Assembly (NCBI RefSeq): GCF_018350175.1
Contig: NC_058368.1
Span: 194,992,001-195,056,000, forward strand
Direction of reading: 5' to 3'
Source of the DNA: Felis catus
Taxonomy: Eukaryota
Length of the DNA: 64,000 nucleotides
Part shown: piece after piece, positions 23,601 through 38,000 of the stretch
Position numbering within the stretch: the first letter of the stretch is position 1
Layout: every line of letters begins with the position of its first letter
Notes under the pieces: model-generated
Databases searched by the model: none
Told to the model about the DNA's origin: nothing
What the model saw: the letters and a program-made list of their open reading frames with translations, nothing else
Position numbers and translations under genes: made by a program

Positions 23601-26600
23601 AAAAGACAGTCATTTAATCCAGATTATTTCTTCTTCTAAACTGTCAATAAATAAGAAATGTATCCCTCTAAGAAGCCTATCAATATTTTTCATAGACTAT
23701 GTTTTCATACTAGGGAGAAAACAAATGAATATGACAGGAGTTGGTTACTTTCCTTCAAAGTACACATTTTTATGGGCATCATTAAAAAGAGATTGTGTTT
23801 TGTGAGCCTCCATGATATTAGATTGCAGAGCAGATTAGTGTCCCAGCTAAGCTGTTACCATCACTGATAAATCAGTCTTTTGTGAAAATTACATTCCTTA
23901 GTTAATTGCAACACACTGAAATTGAAGGGAGCCATCCTTCTGTCTGCAGCAACTGCCTCCTTAGTAGAAGAAGCTCGTAGGCAAAGGGCTTGGTGGTGGT
24001 ACCATTTGTGTCAGCTGGAGGACTGGGGTCGAGAGCTGAGGTCTACTTGTCCCCATTCTGGCTGGAATCCCGGCCCGGGGACAATGGATACCACTCTGGA
24101 AGCTATCGGGTTTATTCAAAAACAAGCACCTTCTGCACATTCTGCCTGCCCTCTGCCCCAACTCTGAAGAGGTGGGCAAGATGGGGTTTTCTCTACAGGC
24201 TACGTTTCCCAGATTGACTAGAAAGCTTGCATTGAGGGGCTGGTGAGATCTGCTGAGGAAGGCTGAATGGCCCTCTACCCTCCAAGATAAAGCATCCTTA
24301 ATTCAGGAACCGATGACACCAAAACAAGCTTACTATAAACAAGCAAGTAGAAACCATGTTCTTAAAATATAATTTATCTTTTTTTCCTCCACTAAGCCCT
24401 TTCTCTGAGAAACCAGCTTCAGAAATTTGAATTGAGAACCCTTCTGTTTTCCTGTAGCTCTACAAAGCCAGAAATAGGAGCTCACGCTGACCAAAGGAAG
24501 GATTAAAAGAAACGTGCCTTGTTTTGTTTGAGCTGGCTTGCCCAACGACTTGTATCTGTGTAAGGAACAGTACACGTTGGAAAGGCTTTGGTTTCACAGT
24601 ATCCTGAAATCCCAATGAATAAGGACTATCGTTAGATAGGTTGAAATTCAAATAAAGAACTTGGAAAAATCCTGAAATGCTGCCGTCCCCACCTAAGTAA
24701 TCTAGAGTCTTGGGGGCCCAGACTAGATGATGCCACTACCAAATTATTATCCCGTTGCTTCCTTTGGGATTTCTCAAGCTGTAAAGACAGCAATGGCAGG
24801 AGACAGGTTTGTTCATACGTGGGTGCTATTACATGCTGTTTTGATGGAGCTGTGTGGTTATTTAAAGCAATAATTAAGGTGCTTTATCATTCTTTAGAAA
24901 AGCAAAATGAGTTCCGAAGTAGATATTATTGCCCAATAATTTCTAGGATCATTAAGGCTTCTTCAGTTAGCATCCAGACCATTACTTCTCCCTCTCGCAC
25001 TCTCTCTCTGCCTCCTCCCACAGCCTCCCTGTCAGCATCTCCTCTGCTTCATCATCTGTGCCTCTCATTTGGTGAAACCAAACTCTTCTAGAAGATGCTG
25101 GTTTATTTCCGAGGGGGTGGGGGGTGGGGAGGACTAGAATGGACGTAGCAGCTCCTGTCTCGTTTGTTTTAAGGCTGCGATTTCTATTCTTCCTCTTCCC
25201 TGTGCGTTTTGAAATTTCACTGCTCTGGAAAATTTCCATTGGAACATTGGGTCGAGAAGTCAGAGTCTAGAGAATGGCGAGCCAAAAATATACCCAGTGA
25301 TGAAAATTATGTTCTACATAAGGCCATTAACCGGCTACAGAGCAGCACTAGGTAACTGATGTGGGGAGGAAAGACATTTGCTGGATGCATATGGATGCAA
25401 ACACAGTGGGTCTCCCGTTCCCACACTTCCCCTGCTCCACGCTTCCCTGCGTTGCCTTGTGTCTGGCTTGCCTTTCTTCAGATTCCACTGTTTTCTTAAG
25501 CAACTTCAGAAACCCTGTACCCTCTTTAAACACACCTGCCTTCTGAGGCGGACAGAGGCCGGTAGGAAGTGGGTCCTTGTTCTGGCATCACTTCAGGCTC
25601 ACCATGGAAACTGCAGGTAAGGTACTTCATCTTTCTAGGCCTGCTCACTACCCTGTAAAAAGAGGGAGTTGAAGGAGATTGCTCAAAGGCAAACCCTGGA
25701 TACTTTCATGGGTTAACGAAAAGAAGAAAGGGTATACCATGTGTTAGAGAAGATTTCATTATTCCCCCCTTTTCGGTCAGGCTTGGAATCCCATCCCAGG
25801 CCTTTTGGTGGACAGGTGGGGAGAGGTTAAGAAAGAGGAGAGTCTTGGCCCTCAAGGAGGTTGCAATCTTAGTTTTTTGGTGGCTCGTTGTGGTGGTTGT
25901 TGTTGTTTGCCACGAAAGTGAAGGTATTTCACGGCACTGATGGACTTGCCTCTAAGACTGGCTTCTCACCGGAGAATCCCATCAAATGCCAGGACAACAT
26001 TCTACTCTGGTATTTTAGCATGTGTGTCCTATGAAGGCTGTAACCCATCTCCCATGGCAGGTGAGCTCTGTCCGCCAGAGCCTCTAGAAGAATCAAAGAG
26101 AAACACAATCAGAGCAGAACTCGTGAAATACCCCAAGGGAAATACTGCAATGACGCCAAGTCCCCTCTCAGCCTGTTCCCCGCACACACAATTTAATCAT
26201 AACGAGAAACTTCCAGCAAGATTTAAGAATATTTTCCCATTTGTACATTATGCTAGCCGCAGTTACAGGCAGAAAAAAGTGGGATTGTTCCAGGCCACTA
26301 GAGACATTCATCTAAATTCATACCATTAGCTAGGCTACCCTAACAAAAAAATAAAAAATATTACAGCAGGTGTGGCTGAAGTTGGGCGAGCTCACTGCAC
26401 ATCCTCCGCCCCCCCCCCCCCCCCCGCCAAACAAAACCTCACCCTGGCAATGATGTTTCTGAAATTGCTTCCACACTCCCATAGCTCCAACAAACACTGC
26501 TTATAATCATAAAACACTGCCCCTATCTTTCCCAGCAAGGACATAATTATGCTTTCTATCAGTGGAATCACTTCGAAACATTTATAGGTTGACATTATAA

Positions 26601-29600
26601 CAAATGATCTCTACTCTGTCTTCATCTGGCCCTGGAATTAATGGGAATATTGCAGACTGAAACGTTTTCCTTGTTCCCAAGGTTAAGAGTTAACAGGCTT
26701 TTTAAAAAAGATAATTTTAGATTTCCCATAATAAAATAGAAACCATATGGTAACCCAATCACTTCCTACCCTTGGCCCCCATCACCATATAGCCACTTCC
26801 TTCTTTGCCCCTGAAAGACTCAAATAAGGGATTTTAAAGGACCTCTAAAATGGAAGTGTGATAGCACAAATACAGGGAAATGGTAATTGTATAGTCTAGG
26901 TGGTTAATATATAGTCCCTATAAAATTCTTACATGTTTTCCCCTCCAACCCTCAGTTTTCCTATCTGTACAACAGGAGTACTGAATTTCCCACTCTTCAT
27001 CTTACCCTCTCAGTTTTCCTCTCTATACCCATTTGTGGTTTTCTAGTGCAGGGGAAAGGGTACTCGCTTCCAAGAAGGCTGAGATGCAACTACCACAGGC
27101 ACCTGATCTTGAGCAAGACCATTCTCTCTCTGACCCTCAGCTCCTTTATGTATTTGGAGACAATAATGCCCCCCTCAGACGTCCATCTTCTAGATAAAAT
27201 GAGATAGTACATATTATTAACTCCACCCCCACCGTAAACAATGTAAAGCACTGTCACTATCTCCGTCTCTCCCAAATTCCTATTTCTTCCTCTTTGCCAG
27301 AAGAGGGCAGCCAAGAGCTTCCTTTTAGAATTGAAGCTGGCTCCCAAAAGGCCAAATCCACCTGCCCTAACAGAGCAGCCTATGACCCTTCCGGACTGGC
27401 CCCTCTGTGCTTCCTCTAGCTTATACACCCACTGAAGGGACCTACACTCTAGTGCTGATCTCACTTATCAAGAATCTGCATCCCTTTTGCCCAAGTATCA
27501 TTTGAATATTACCTAAATAGAAAGCACACCATAGCTCTGCAAATAGCTGTCACTCATGCAAACTAGTAAGATTGTGAATGAACCCTGCAAATCCCAATAC
27601 TGCTACTGAGCACCTACTCTAGGTCAGTCTCTTTAAATTACATGATCTAGTTTCAACGATGGCCCTGATCTTCTCAATTTGTACATGAGGAAACCGAGGC
27701 TTGGAAAGTTTATCATATTAGCCCAAGTCAAAGTCTTGCCAAAGTTTGGACCTGATTCTATAGACAACAGGAAGCTAAGTTTTGGAAACAGGCATGATGT
27801 GTTTACCTCTTCCACTTACCTGTTTTTGACCTTCAAGAAATTATTTTGCCTTATTGATGACCTTAGTCCCCACACCCCCTCCCCATAAAACACTCTATCT
27901 TACCAAATTATTGAATATAAAATCAAGACATTGATGTGGTAACTTACTTTGTCATTAAAAAAAAAAAGTATACAGGTGTTTATTAGTTCATTTTAACTTA
28001 AATGAATCTTATAACTGCTGCTAAAAAAGTATGGACCCTTTTACTTTGGTAACATTCTACTGCACAAAAATTTAAGCTCCTGTAACGTGTTGAATGCCAA
28101 GGAATACTACCTTTACTAGGCTAGAAATCAAACATCTTAAGAACCAACCAGACAATTCTTGGCCACCTTCTTTTCAGAACTTGGGTAGAAACAATATAAA
28201 TCTATCAGCCCACCTTAAGAGGTTGAGAGTCTACTAATCAATCCAGTTTGGGGCATATGAGGGATTTAGACTTGATATGGTACCATTTTCTGGGTATAGC
28301 ATTGTGGAATAGAATAAAATGAGTAAGCAATAAGGCAGGGTGGGAATATATGACATTTGGAAGAGAGTGAAAACACCCTCATTTGTAGTCCTGCATGAGA
28401 GACCACTTGTGTGCTGGAATGGCCTGGATTTGGCCAGCATCGAGAGTTAAGGACTAGACTTATTCTGGAAGTCTTTCCTAAGTCTAGAATCCCTCTAAAA
28501 TATTCACTCAACTAAGAGCCTACTACAAACATTGCCAAGGCATAGGAACGAAAGGTAAACACCATCCCTAACTACAGAACTTACAATTCAGAGCAGTGAG
28601 ATGTGATATGGATATGAATACATAATTTTCAAAGGATGATATGGTGATGAAGGAGGCAGAGACAGAATTCGGAGAAATGGTACCTCACAGGGACAATCCA
28701 AGGTCTCCTGGAGAACAGAACATTTGAGCTCAGACTCTAAAGCAAAAGAATATTTTCCACAGCAGTTTACTAACTGGATTTATGTAATTGTGGTCTCATC
28801 CACCTTCCAAAGGGTTAACACAGGTAACCATTTCCTCCAGGCAGGTATTCAGGCAAAGTGGGAGCATCTCTCCATATGAGATACCATTGCAACAAATGTA
28901 TTAAAAATGGCAGGCTGACCAATGTCCCAGTCAAGGAGGGCCTCCTAATGGTCCTTTACCCCCATCCAGGCTCTGGAAATAAAGTGTGACAATGGAATTA
29001 CAGGGAAATGCATGAACATACCGTGCCCCCCGCCCCCCTACCCCCCCCCCCCCCCACACACACACACAAAGTACTCTTAGAAGCCGCAGCTTGTCTCCAA
29101 GTCCTTTTGTTCCTGACTTAAGAATCCCCTGGGTGATGTGTAGGAATTAGCCAGACCAGTTCATGGGACAAGGCCTCTGCTTACATTTCCTAGGTTGCAC
29201 TTGCGTCATCCACATCTCTTCAGTTGTATCCAGAAGCTCAGGCTTTGGCATAACAGAACCATGAGCTATAGGGCAGTGATGCCAGGAATGTCTTAGTGCT
29301 CTGCGGACTAGGACAGCTCCCTCTGTGCAGCTCTGAATGCTGGTGAGGATAGGAACATTCTGAATGGACCCTAGTGACATCAAGTCAGATTCAGCGGGTG
29401 TCCAGGTCAACTGCAACAGACTTGCCTTTAGATGATTTTTTGCAATGTCCCAGCCTGGAGGAAGCAGTTCAGCCTTTCAAAGTTTGAGTTACACATGGAA
29501 CGTCAGGGAACAGGTCTCAAAAACTGTCAGTCAGGACTAGGAAATGTACGCTCTTTCACTTTTCTATCAGCTTTGTTTTTAACTTCCCTTGCATTTGCCT

Positions 29601-30581
29601 GTCATCCATCCTGTTTATTAAATCTATTATGGCAAGGGCAGTGTACCTTGAAAGCAGGGCATCAGAATGAACTACGGCCCCTTTTCTTACAATATAGGAG
29701 GGGATGCTACAAATGCCAAAATAATCACTAATGTGGAATGCAGAAAATATGTTAACGGAGAAAGGAGGGTGCCGCAGAGCAGGCAGAGAATAAACCATAA
29801 AATGTTTCCAGGCTTACAGGCCATTTGAACAGTGGTACCTTAAAGATGAAATTTTGACGGATGGGGAGAGTCTTCCAGCAAAAGGAACAACATGAGTAAA
29901 AATATGGAGGTAAAAACCAAAGGGCATATACGAGGTATAGCGATTATCTGTTTGGCTGAAGTGTAATGAATGGAGACATGTTTGGAAAGATGATTTGGAG
30001 TATATCATAACCACCTTAAATATAGAATAAGGGATCGGGACTCTTGAGTATGGCAATTCTCAAAGACCAATCAATAAGGTATTCATTCCTTCATGGGCAG
30101 AACAGCTCATTCTGTCTCCTTTCCATTAGCTGACATTTCCAGCCTAAGTCAGATTTTCCTGTACTTATTTCGGGAGAACTTACCTTTTCCTCCATCTCAG
30201 AAGCAGTTATTGTACCCACTAGAAATTCACATCTTCAAGGGCATCAATTCAACCCAACAAGTATTAAGCATTTAGTTGTGCTGGGTAGGCACTAGAAGGG
30301 GGATAACAAAGGTATAGTAAAGTCATGGTTCTACAATGAGCTCACTATTCTACAGTGATTCTGAAAAAGTTAATCCAGTGCAGATATTTCTAAAGGAGTG
30401 CTTGTGGTCCAAATATTATAACCTTTATGTTGGTCTGAAATATTAAACAGAGCTGACCTAGAAGGAAAATATAGTCTAGCGTATCCTTTTTATTCTCAGC
30501 TGCACCTGAAATGACTTCTAACCTGGAGAGCACTTCTCTATTCAAACCATGAGATCATGTCCATAAAGAAAAAAGGGTATA

Positions 30582-30809
30582 GGGGCGCCTGGGTGGCGCA
30601 GTCGGTTAAGCGTCCGACTTCAGCCAGGTCACGATCTTGCGGTCCGTGGGTTCGAGCCCCGCGTCGGGCTCTGGGCTGATGGCTCAGAGCCTGGAGCCTG
30701 TTTCTGATTCTGTGTCTCCCTCTCTCTGCCCCTCCCCCGCTCATGCTCTGTCTCTCTCTGTCCCAAAAATAAATAAAAAACGTTGAAAAAAAAATTTAAA
30801 AAAAAGAAA
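30582..30809 (+). mobile_element. Young SINEC_Fc with 17-bp TSD
   Basis: TSD AAAGAAAAAAGGGTATA at 30565-30581 and 30810-30826. Confidence 0.96.
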
Positions 30810-32019
30810 AAAGAAAAAAGGGTATAGAGGTGGGGAAAGCCAAATATGAACAGAAAGAAAAAAAAAAAAGTAACTGGTTTTTAATCAAGTCATTGCTATG
30901 GGAAGTATGCAAAAAGAATAGTTTGTGGGATTTTTTTTTTTTCAGAACAATTTTTCTTAGGCAAATTCATTAGAAAAAATATTGTGGGCAAATAGATTAG
31001 TATAATCTACCCTAGTAAATCAAAGACTACCCTCTAAGTCTTCAAAAGTATTACTATCAAGTAAGTAGTTTGCTAAATTTTTTCCACATTAGGTGTATTT
31101 CTACCTCATTTAAAAGTGTACCATGCTCAACATGCCTGAATGGTATGTAAAAAGCTGAAATATTGATGTTCCCACAATTAATCTCAGAACATTTAAAATT
31201 CATATTATTTCATACTTTCACGGTTCAACCTTCCAATACTTAATCCATTATTCTCAGCACTAATGGTAGTTAAAGTGAGATGAGTGAATTAAACCCCAAT
31301 GGGTGCATCTTGCTTAATTAGTCTATTGAATGCAGATAAAATGCCTACCTGAAGAAAAAAAAAAAAAGCTAAACAGCCAAGCTCTACTTTCAAGACAAAT
31401 ACACCAGGTACCTCAGCAGCCTCCAAGTAAGTTTTAAAAACTGGACACGATACAGGTCTTCAACTGCTGTAATTAGACCTGAAATGTACAAAATGAACCA
31501 CAAAGTGACCAAGACAAGACGCTTAATACTTTTAAGCCCTCTAGGTAAGAGTGACAAAGGATGTCCATGTCTCAGTGTGTAGGTCGGCATCATAACTGAC
31601 CAGTTGGCTAAAATCACTTTGTCTAGAACTGATGCAAAGTATCAGTTGGAAATTGCTAGCATTTTCAGTCAGGAGCGGTTGAGGCATGATTGGGAAGGAC
31701 AGTGAGGGCTTACTTTCTAAGTGTGCAAACATACTCCAGTGCTTCCAAATCACAATTCTTTGGTCTTCTCCCAAGACAAGCCATTTCCAGACACCTCAAA
31801 CTCGACTGGCCCAGGGAACCCTTGGGAGGAGACCCAATTACCTTGCAGCCATAATTGTTGTAAACATGCTGGAGCCATAGTTGGAAAATGGTCTACAGAG
31901 AAACGGGGACAAACAGGACCACTAGGGATTTTCAATTCACAGCTACGTCAACATTAATGAAAAAGCAGTATTAGATTGATTGAAAACATTCCACGGGACT
32001 TATTATCAAATAAAGGCTC

Positions 32020-35000
32020 AGTCACTAGGTAAAAGCATATTTTATTGACATAATTTATCTTAGACTTAGTAACTTTAACTCAAGATTCATCCACCAAGGT
32101 GGGCCAGTTTCTGCCAATAGAACCAGAGTGCGCACTCTCGAGTCTCACCCCAACCTTGCCAAAGCGAAGGACTTCTGCCTAACTGGAAGTCATCTCCAAA
32201 GGACTTGCCCTTATATTTTCCCCATTTCACGCACTTAAAGATATTTGCACAACAGATGTACCCTTTGTCTTAAAAGTTGCCTGATTTGATGTTTAGACAG
32301 AAGAGCAAACCCCATGTTATTCTTCTGCAAGTGATTTTGCATTTCCTTTTTTTTTTTCAAAAAGGTAGCTACCGACTTACGGATGTCACGACATACAGGG
32401 GATAAAAGCGTTAACTTGCAACAGGTCCAGGGTATGTTACCTTGACACCTCACAATTTGGTTCATTACACTTTAACTACTCAAAGTTATTTTAACCCCAA
32501 AGAACAGACAGGCACCGTGTATTTCTTCAGGTCACAATGCCAACACTGGCTGTGGAGTCTGATACAGGTAAGACGACTACAATTTACAATTCTGACTGTG
32601 ATTCCAATACTTTTGGGAGATGTAAAATATGCTGGGCTGGGCAGTGTGAGTTAGTTAAGCTACAAAGTGCTTCATCACCCATAATGGAAGAGGTTCAAGA
32701 TGATTCATACTTCCACGTAAGACTACAAAAGTCACAAGCCCACATAAAAGCAACTGACAGCCAAAGTTGAAGAGATTTCAGGAGCCTGGGGGCATCTTAA
32801 ACAATTAATTGGCCTGGAAAATTGGGTCAGAATTACTCACAAAGCTCCTCATCCTTTCCCAGAAGAAAATGTGATAGTATGTCTTTTATATGGAAATTTC
32901 TTTGTATATATGTATAAACTTGGTATGGCCTTAATGCTGCAGTTAAGGATTTGTCTGGCTACCACCTTAAGCAGCGTGTTAAGCAATCGCTTCCTTAATG
33001 TAACATTTTTACTTCTTACTGGACTCTTAACCTGAAACAACCAATTCCCTTTTGCCCCTTACTCTTCGCCCTTTTTTGCATGGAATCATAAAAGTTATGG
33101 CAGTTATTTTTTGGCTTATAAAAAAATCTATTTCTGCAGTTTGAAGATGTAATGTAAAATTTCTGTGATACATGTATATAAAAATATATTTATTGAACCA
33201 TCCATATACACATATCCACGCTGATTCCAATGGAAAAAAATTAAAGTTTTCTGAAATTTTCTCTGTGGTCAACTCATAGTTGTCACTATTTAACCAACTT
33301 TATCTGTGAAAAAACTTTTGAAGTACTGTGATTATCCCAGAGAGGAACCTACATATAATCTAGAAAACATCATTTCACTAAGACAAGGCTGTGTGTTGTT
33401 CATTCAAGAAACATTTATTGATAGGTACTACGGGAGATACAAAGATGACTCCAACACAGACCCTGCCCGTAAGGAGCTTACAGTCTAGTAGGGGAGACAG
33501 AACACATCCACGGGATACATGGTCAGAGCTACGTTTCAGTAAGATGAATCTAATATTGTGTATAAGGTAGGCTGGGGGTAAGAACAGGTAAAGGAAGCTG
33601 AGAGGCCACTGAAATCATCTAAGTGGGGAGGAAAGAGGTGTGAAAGCCTTGAGGTAGCACTGACAGGACTTAGCTAGAATAAGAAAAAAAAGCAGAGGAC
33701 TTAGACTTTTGGCATGGGTGAGGACACAGAGAGAACAAGGGACTAGGTCTGGGAAAAGAAATGAAAATTGGCACATAAAATTCTTCTGCACAGGAACAAA
33801 GTGGGATATACTGGGCACAATCAGAAAGAAATGGCTAATCACCCAGACCAAGGATGGAAGTACCTGAGTGTCCCCAGTGACTTCCTCCCTCCTGTGCCCA
33901 CCCCTCAAAATTTCCCAACAATCCCCTCCACTATGAATTGTGATAGTGCCTAAAAATTTAAGTCCTATCTCTAGGCATGTCCTTACTTGTGAGAATAAAA
34001 ACAAAAAATACATTAATTTATTCAACTCAATGAGTCCTCTTTTAAGGACTCTTTTCATGGAGGTCACTGTACCTTCTGGTGAAATACAGGGATAATGAAC
34101 CAGTCCTTGTCCTCGAGGAGCTTATGGTCTAGTAAAGGAGGAGCTGATGGTAGTAAAACTCATACAGGTCATTCTAATTGTAGGTTGAAGGGTAAGTTAT
34201 ATGAGCAAGGAGAAAGGTTAAAAGTGCTCTATGAACACACGTTTTTAAAAATGAAGGTTGGGACAGAATCTCACACAGGAAGGACGACGTAGGAGGGAAG
34301 ATGAGAATGAATTTGCTCCCCACTTCAAATTCTGGCCAAACTAGACCCCAAAAAAGGGGTTCCTCACTCCTGTTGCAAATCTTTTCTCTTAGGGAAAAGG
34401 AAAATGGTCTTGAACTGGGTTTTGAAAAAAGCAATTTCGATGGCAAGAGCTTTGGGGACAGGGGGATGTGGATACAAATCTATCTTCAGGGAAGAAAGAA
34501 GGCACTTGAAGCCACGAAAATCAGCAATGCCAGGCTTATTAGAAAAACCGTAAGTAGTTTTAGCACGGCTGGCGCATCGCCTCCATGAAGAATGGGAGAA
34601 ATCACCGCAAAGGAAGATTAGGACCCTGACAGGTACGTGGCGTTGCCAGGCACTGAACAGGGTACATGCCTAAGACCAAATTGCTGCCCCTTAGGAGCTT
34701 ACAGTTATAACATTACAAGGTGGGAAAAGCACCACAATGTACAGAACGCAAACTGCCGAAGGATTCAGGAGAAAATTACAGCTGAGTTTCAGCTATTAAC
34801 ATTAGGATACCCAATAGCTTTCTGACAGCTAGTAGTAAACCCATCCCTGAGGGGAGCACAAGGTAATAATGTCCTTAGACAACAGGCCCTGGTAGAAGTG
34901 GGCATTAAGACAGTTCGAAGAAAACTGAGAACAAGTGGGTATGAAAACTGAGCTACAGAAGCAACCGAGTATGCATATAAAATGTGGCTCCTTCCCTTTT

Positions 35001-38000
35001 CTCCCCACATCCTGACCTTTAACAGCTCTGGCTTCCTTCAGTGAACCTAGGGCAGAGTGGTGACCCTCAAGGTGATCCATGTTACTTCTACAAGCCAATG
35101 TAGGACTCTGCGCTGATAATCTATTCTCTGAGCCATTTAGCTTTTGAAAAATGAAGAGGTTGTACAAACTTTAGTCCTTTCCAGCACTAACATTCTATGA
35201 TTCAGAGAATTCTAGGAGTCTCTCCTGTCTCTTATGGCAATAATCAGAATGGGAAGAAACACTTTAAATATTCTGATGTGTCTCACTTAAAATTATGATT
35301 TTTTCGTACAAATCACAATGATCCTTATCCCACCAGCTAACTTCTACCTCCACCCATTCTTCATAAACTAACATCTAACTACATGAATTTACTTTCAACA
35401 TGATGTGTTCTACATAATCTACTTAAGCATACACTGAATCTTCAGAGAAAGGAAGACCTGTTCTTCTCCGCTACTTCCGTATGCCAGCTTTTTGGTATAA
35501 CGACTTCATTTAAAAGGGCAAAATCAGGGATAAGACATCATAAAAATTTCCTAAAACTATTTAAGAATTTAAACCAAATCCAAACTCAAACAGGTGACAT
35601 CAAAGCTTGGGGAGAAAATCAGTAACCAAAGTGGTTAATTACATCATATAGTTGAAAGTGTTTACATCCAGATTAAACAAGATATAATCATCTCTAACTT
35701 ACGACCAGAAATGTATGCAAACTTCCCATAAGCAGGTTTCTAAAAAGTAAATACTCGTTAAAGTAATTCAATAGTGAATTTTTGGTAAACATTTGCTTTT
35801 TTAAAAGACAAAGACACACTGGATGACTGCAAGTCCCTTATGAATCTGTGACACTGGCCACATTCCAAGGTACTCATATGGATTTCTGTAACTGGCCAGG
35901 TCACGTGGTCTATGGAAGTAACCGTGAAATTGATTTCCAATACTATTTTCCTCTCGTAGAGAGCTAAGAAAAGCTACCGGGTTCAAGTGGAAACTGGAGA
36001 AGCAGAGACCGTCCGAAGTTTTCAAAACAAGTCATATAATCAAAAAGTGAACAACTTTAATTCTAAGCCAAGACAGAAGTATAATCAAACCAAAGCTGGT
36101 TATGGACTTTTTTAGACCACTGCTAACCAACTTCTTACTTTTTATTCAGGTCATTATGAGACCGTTTCATGAAAGCATTAGCAAAGCACATGAATTTCAG
36201 CATTATCCTGAAATAGCTACATAACCACTAAGAAGTAAATAAGTTTCAGCTCACATGTGCTACCATTTCTCCTTTAACATAGTCTCATAAGAGTTCACAA
36301 GCCCACCTATGGTCCCCAGAACCTCAGTATCACAGTACAAATCCTAAAACATATTACTATCTTAAAACCATAAATCCTTACTTATCTAGTGCCACATGGC
36401 CTTTACTTGATCAGCAACTTCCCACGCAAAATGTTGCTAAGTTTCTAAAACTCTAAAAACATTAGGGTTTCTAAAACATTTGTGGAAGACTATCTCTAAC
36501 TGTCCACTGCCCATCCGTGGCATATTAGGCAGTTCACTAAAACCTCATATTCGAAGAAAAGTTGAAGTTGTTTTTAAAAGGTTCATAACTACTGAACCAA
36601 AGGTCTTCTCTGTACGCAGTTCCTGCAGAGATTTCTCTTAAGTAGCACAAAAATAAAACTTCAATATAAAGTTATCTTTAGATCAGTAGATTTGACAAAT
36701 GCAACCATATAGATTCTAACAAATTGCTTTCTATAAAGTGCCACGTTTTCCCACTAAATTATTAAACTCTACAAGGATTTTCAAATAAAAGGATGAAGAA
36801 AAGTATCCGAGGATGGCAGTTACAAGCACAAAACACAACTGCTATAAACCCACCTGGATTAAGATACTACAAAATTGTTACCTTCCACATGTAGGTTCAA
36901 GGTTATACTATATGTATCAAAAATTCAGGTGAGAAAATAACCCAAGAACAAATCATGATTACTGTTACCACAGTCTATAAACCAAAGTAGCTCTACAAAA
37001 TCAATGTTTCCTTATCTTGTTTACCTTAAAGGAAATGGAGAAGAGTAATGCTAACCTTTCTCTGAATGTTTTACAGACTCAGGTCTCTGTACTGTGGTAA
37101 CTTATTATGGTCATGTCTTATTTAATATGTCACTCAAATGTAAAATAGGTAGGCATTAGGGTTCTAGAGAAAAAGCATCAGTTTTGGAGGCCAAGCTGCT
37201 TTCTGCTACTTGGATGACTTAGAGGCCTAGTCATTTAACTGCTCTACGCGATTTCTTCTTCATCTATTACTTTGGGAAAAATAGCACCTAATCCACAGGG
37301 TAATTGTGAAAATTAGTTTCCTAATCTGAAACTAAAGTGCAGTTCAACTAATACTGCGGTAAGTAACCTACCCATCCAAAGCCAAACAATGATTTTTGGG
37401 TTCTCCATTTCACTGCTCCCAGCAAAAGCTCACAAAGTTGACAACACAGGAATACAAGAGCAAAAGAAAACAATGTACTTTTGTAAGGCCCAAGATGTGC
37501 TTGCTTTCAAAAGGTCTTACAAGACTAAGACTCACTGACCCAAACTAATCTTACTTAGCTAAAATACTCATGGGTAAAGGGTTTAAAGCTCAATAGAAAA
37601 GAACTGTACATTGGGGCATTCTTACAGATGAGAAAAGTACTTTAAAACCCGAAAAGCTTAAATTTGACGAGTTGGTGCTTGCCTAGAGACAATCTTGCCC
37701 TAACCTAGTTTCACTTTCTACCTGTGGGAATATATGTGTATCTAGGGTATCGTGCTTATTCTATTGGCAATAATGTAAACAATGATAGTGGGATTCTTCA
37801 TAGTGTTAACCATGATCCTAAATCTGATACATAAAGTCCAATGCTATTTAAAACGCCACAATCATCCCAATTCTGAGGACTTGAAATTACTAAAGCAACC
37901 CTTCTCTTCCTAAGCTTATGCGACAAGTTACAAAAAGCACCTAGCATATTACTACCTGTCCAAATGTTTCTTTAAACCCACACATGGGTAAAGGAAAAGT

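Noticed and set aside
26409..26425. Long G/C homopolymers (also near 1150, 2912, 29041, 49321 and 51073)
   Set aside because: Simple mononucleotide runs with no associated structure; their lengths are prone to sequencing error.
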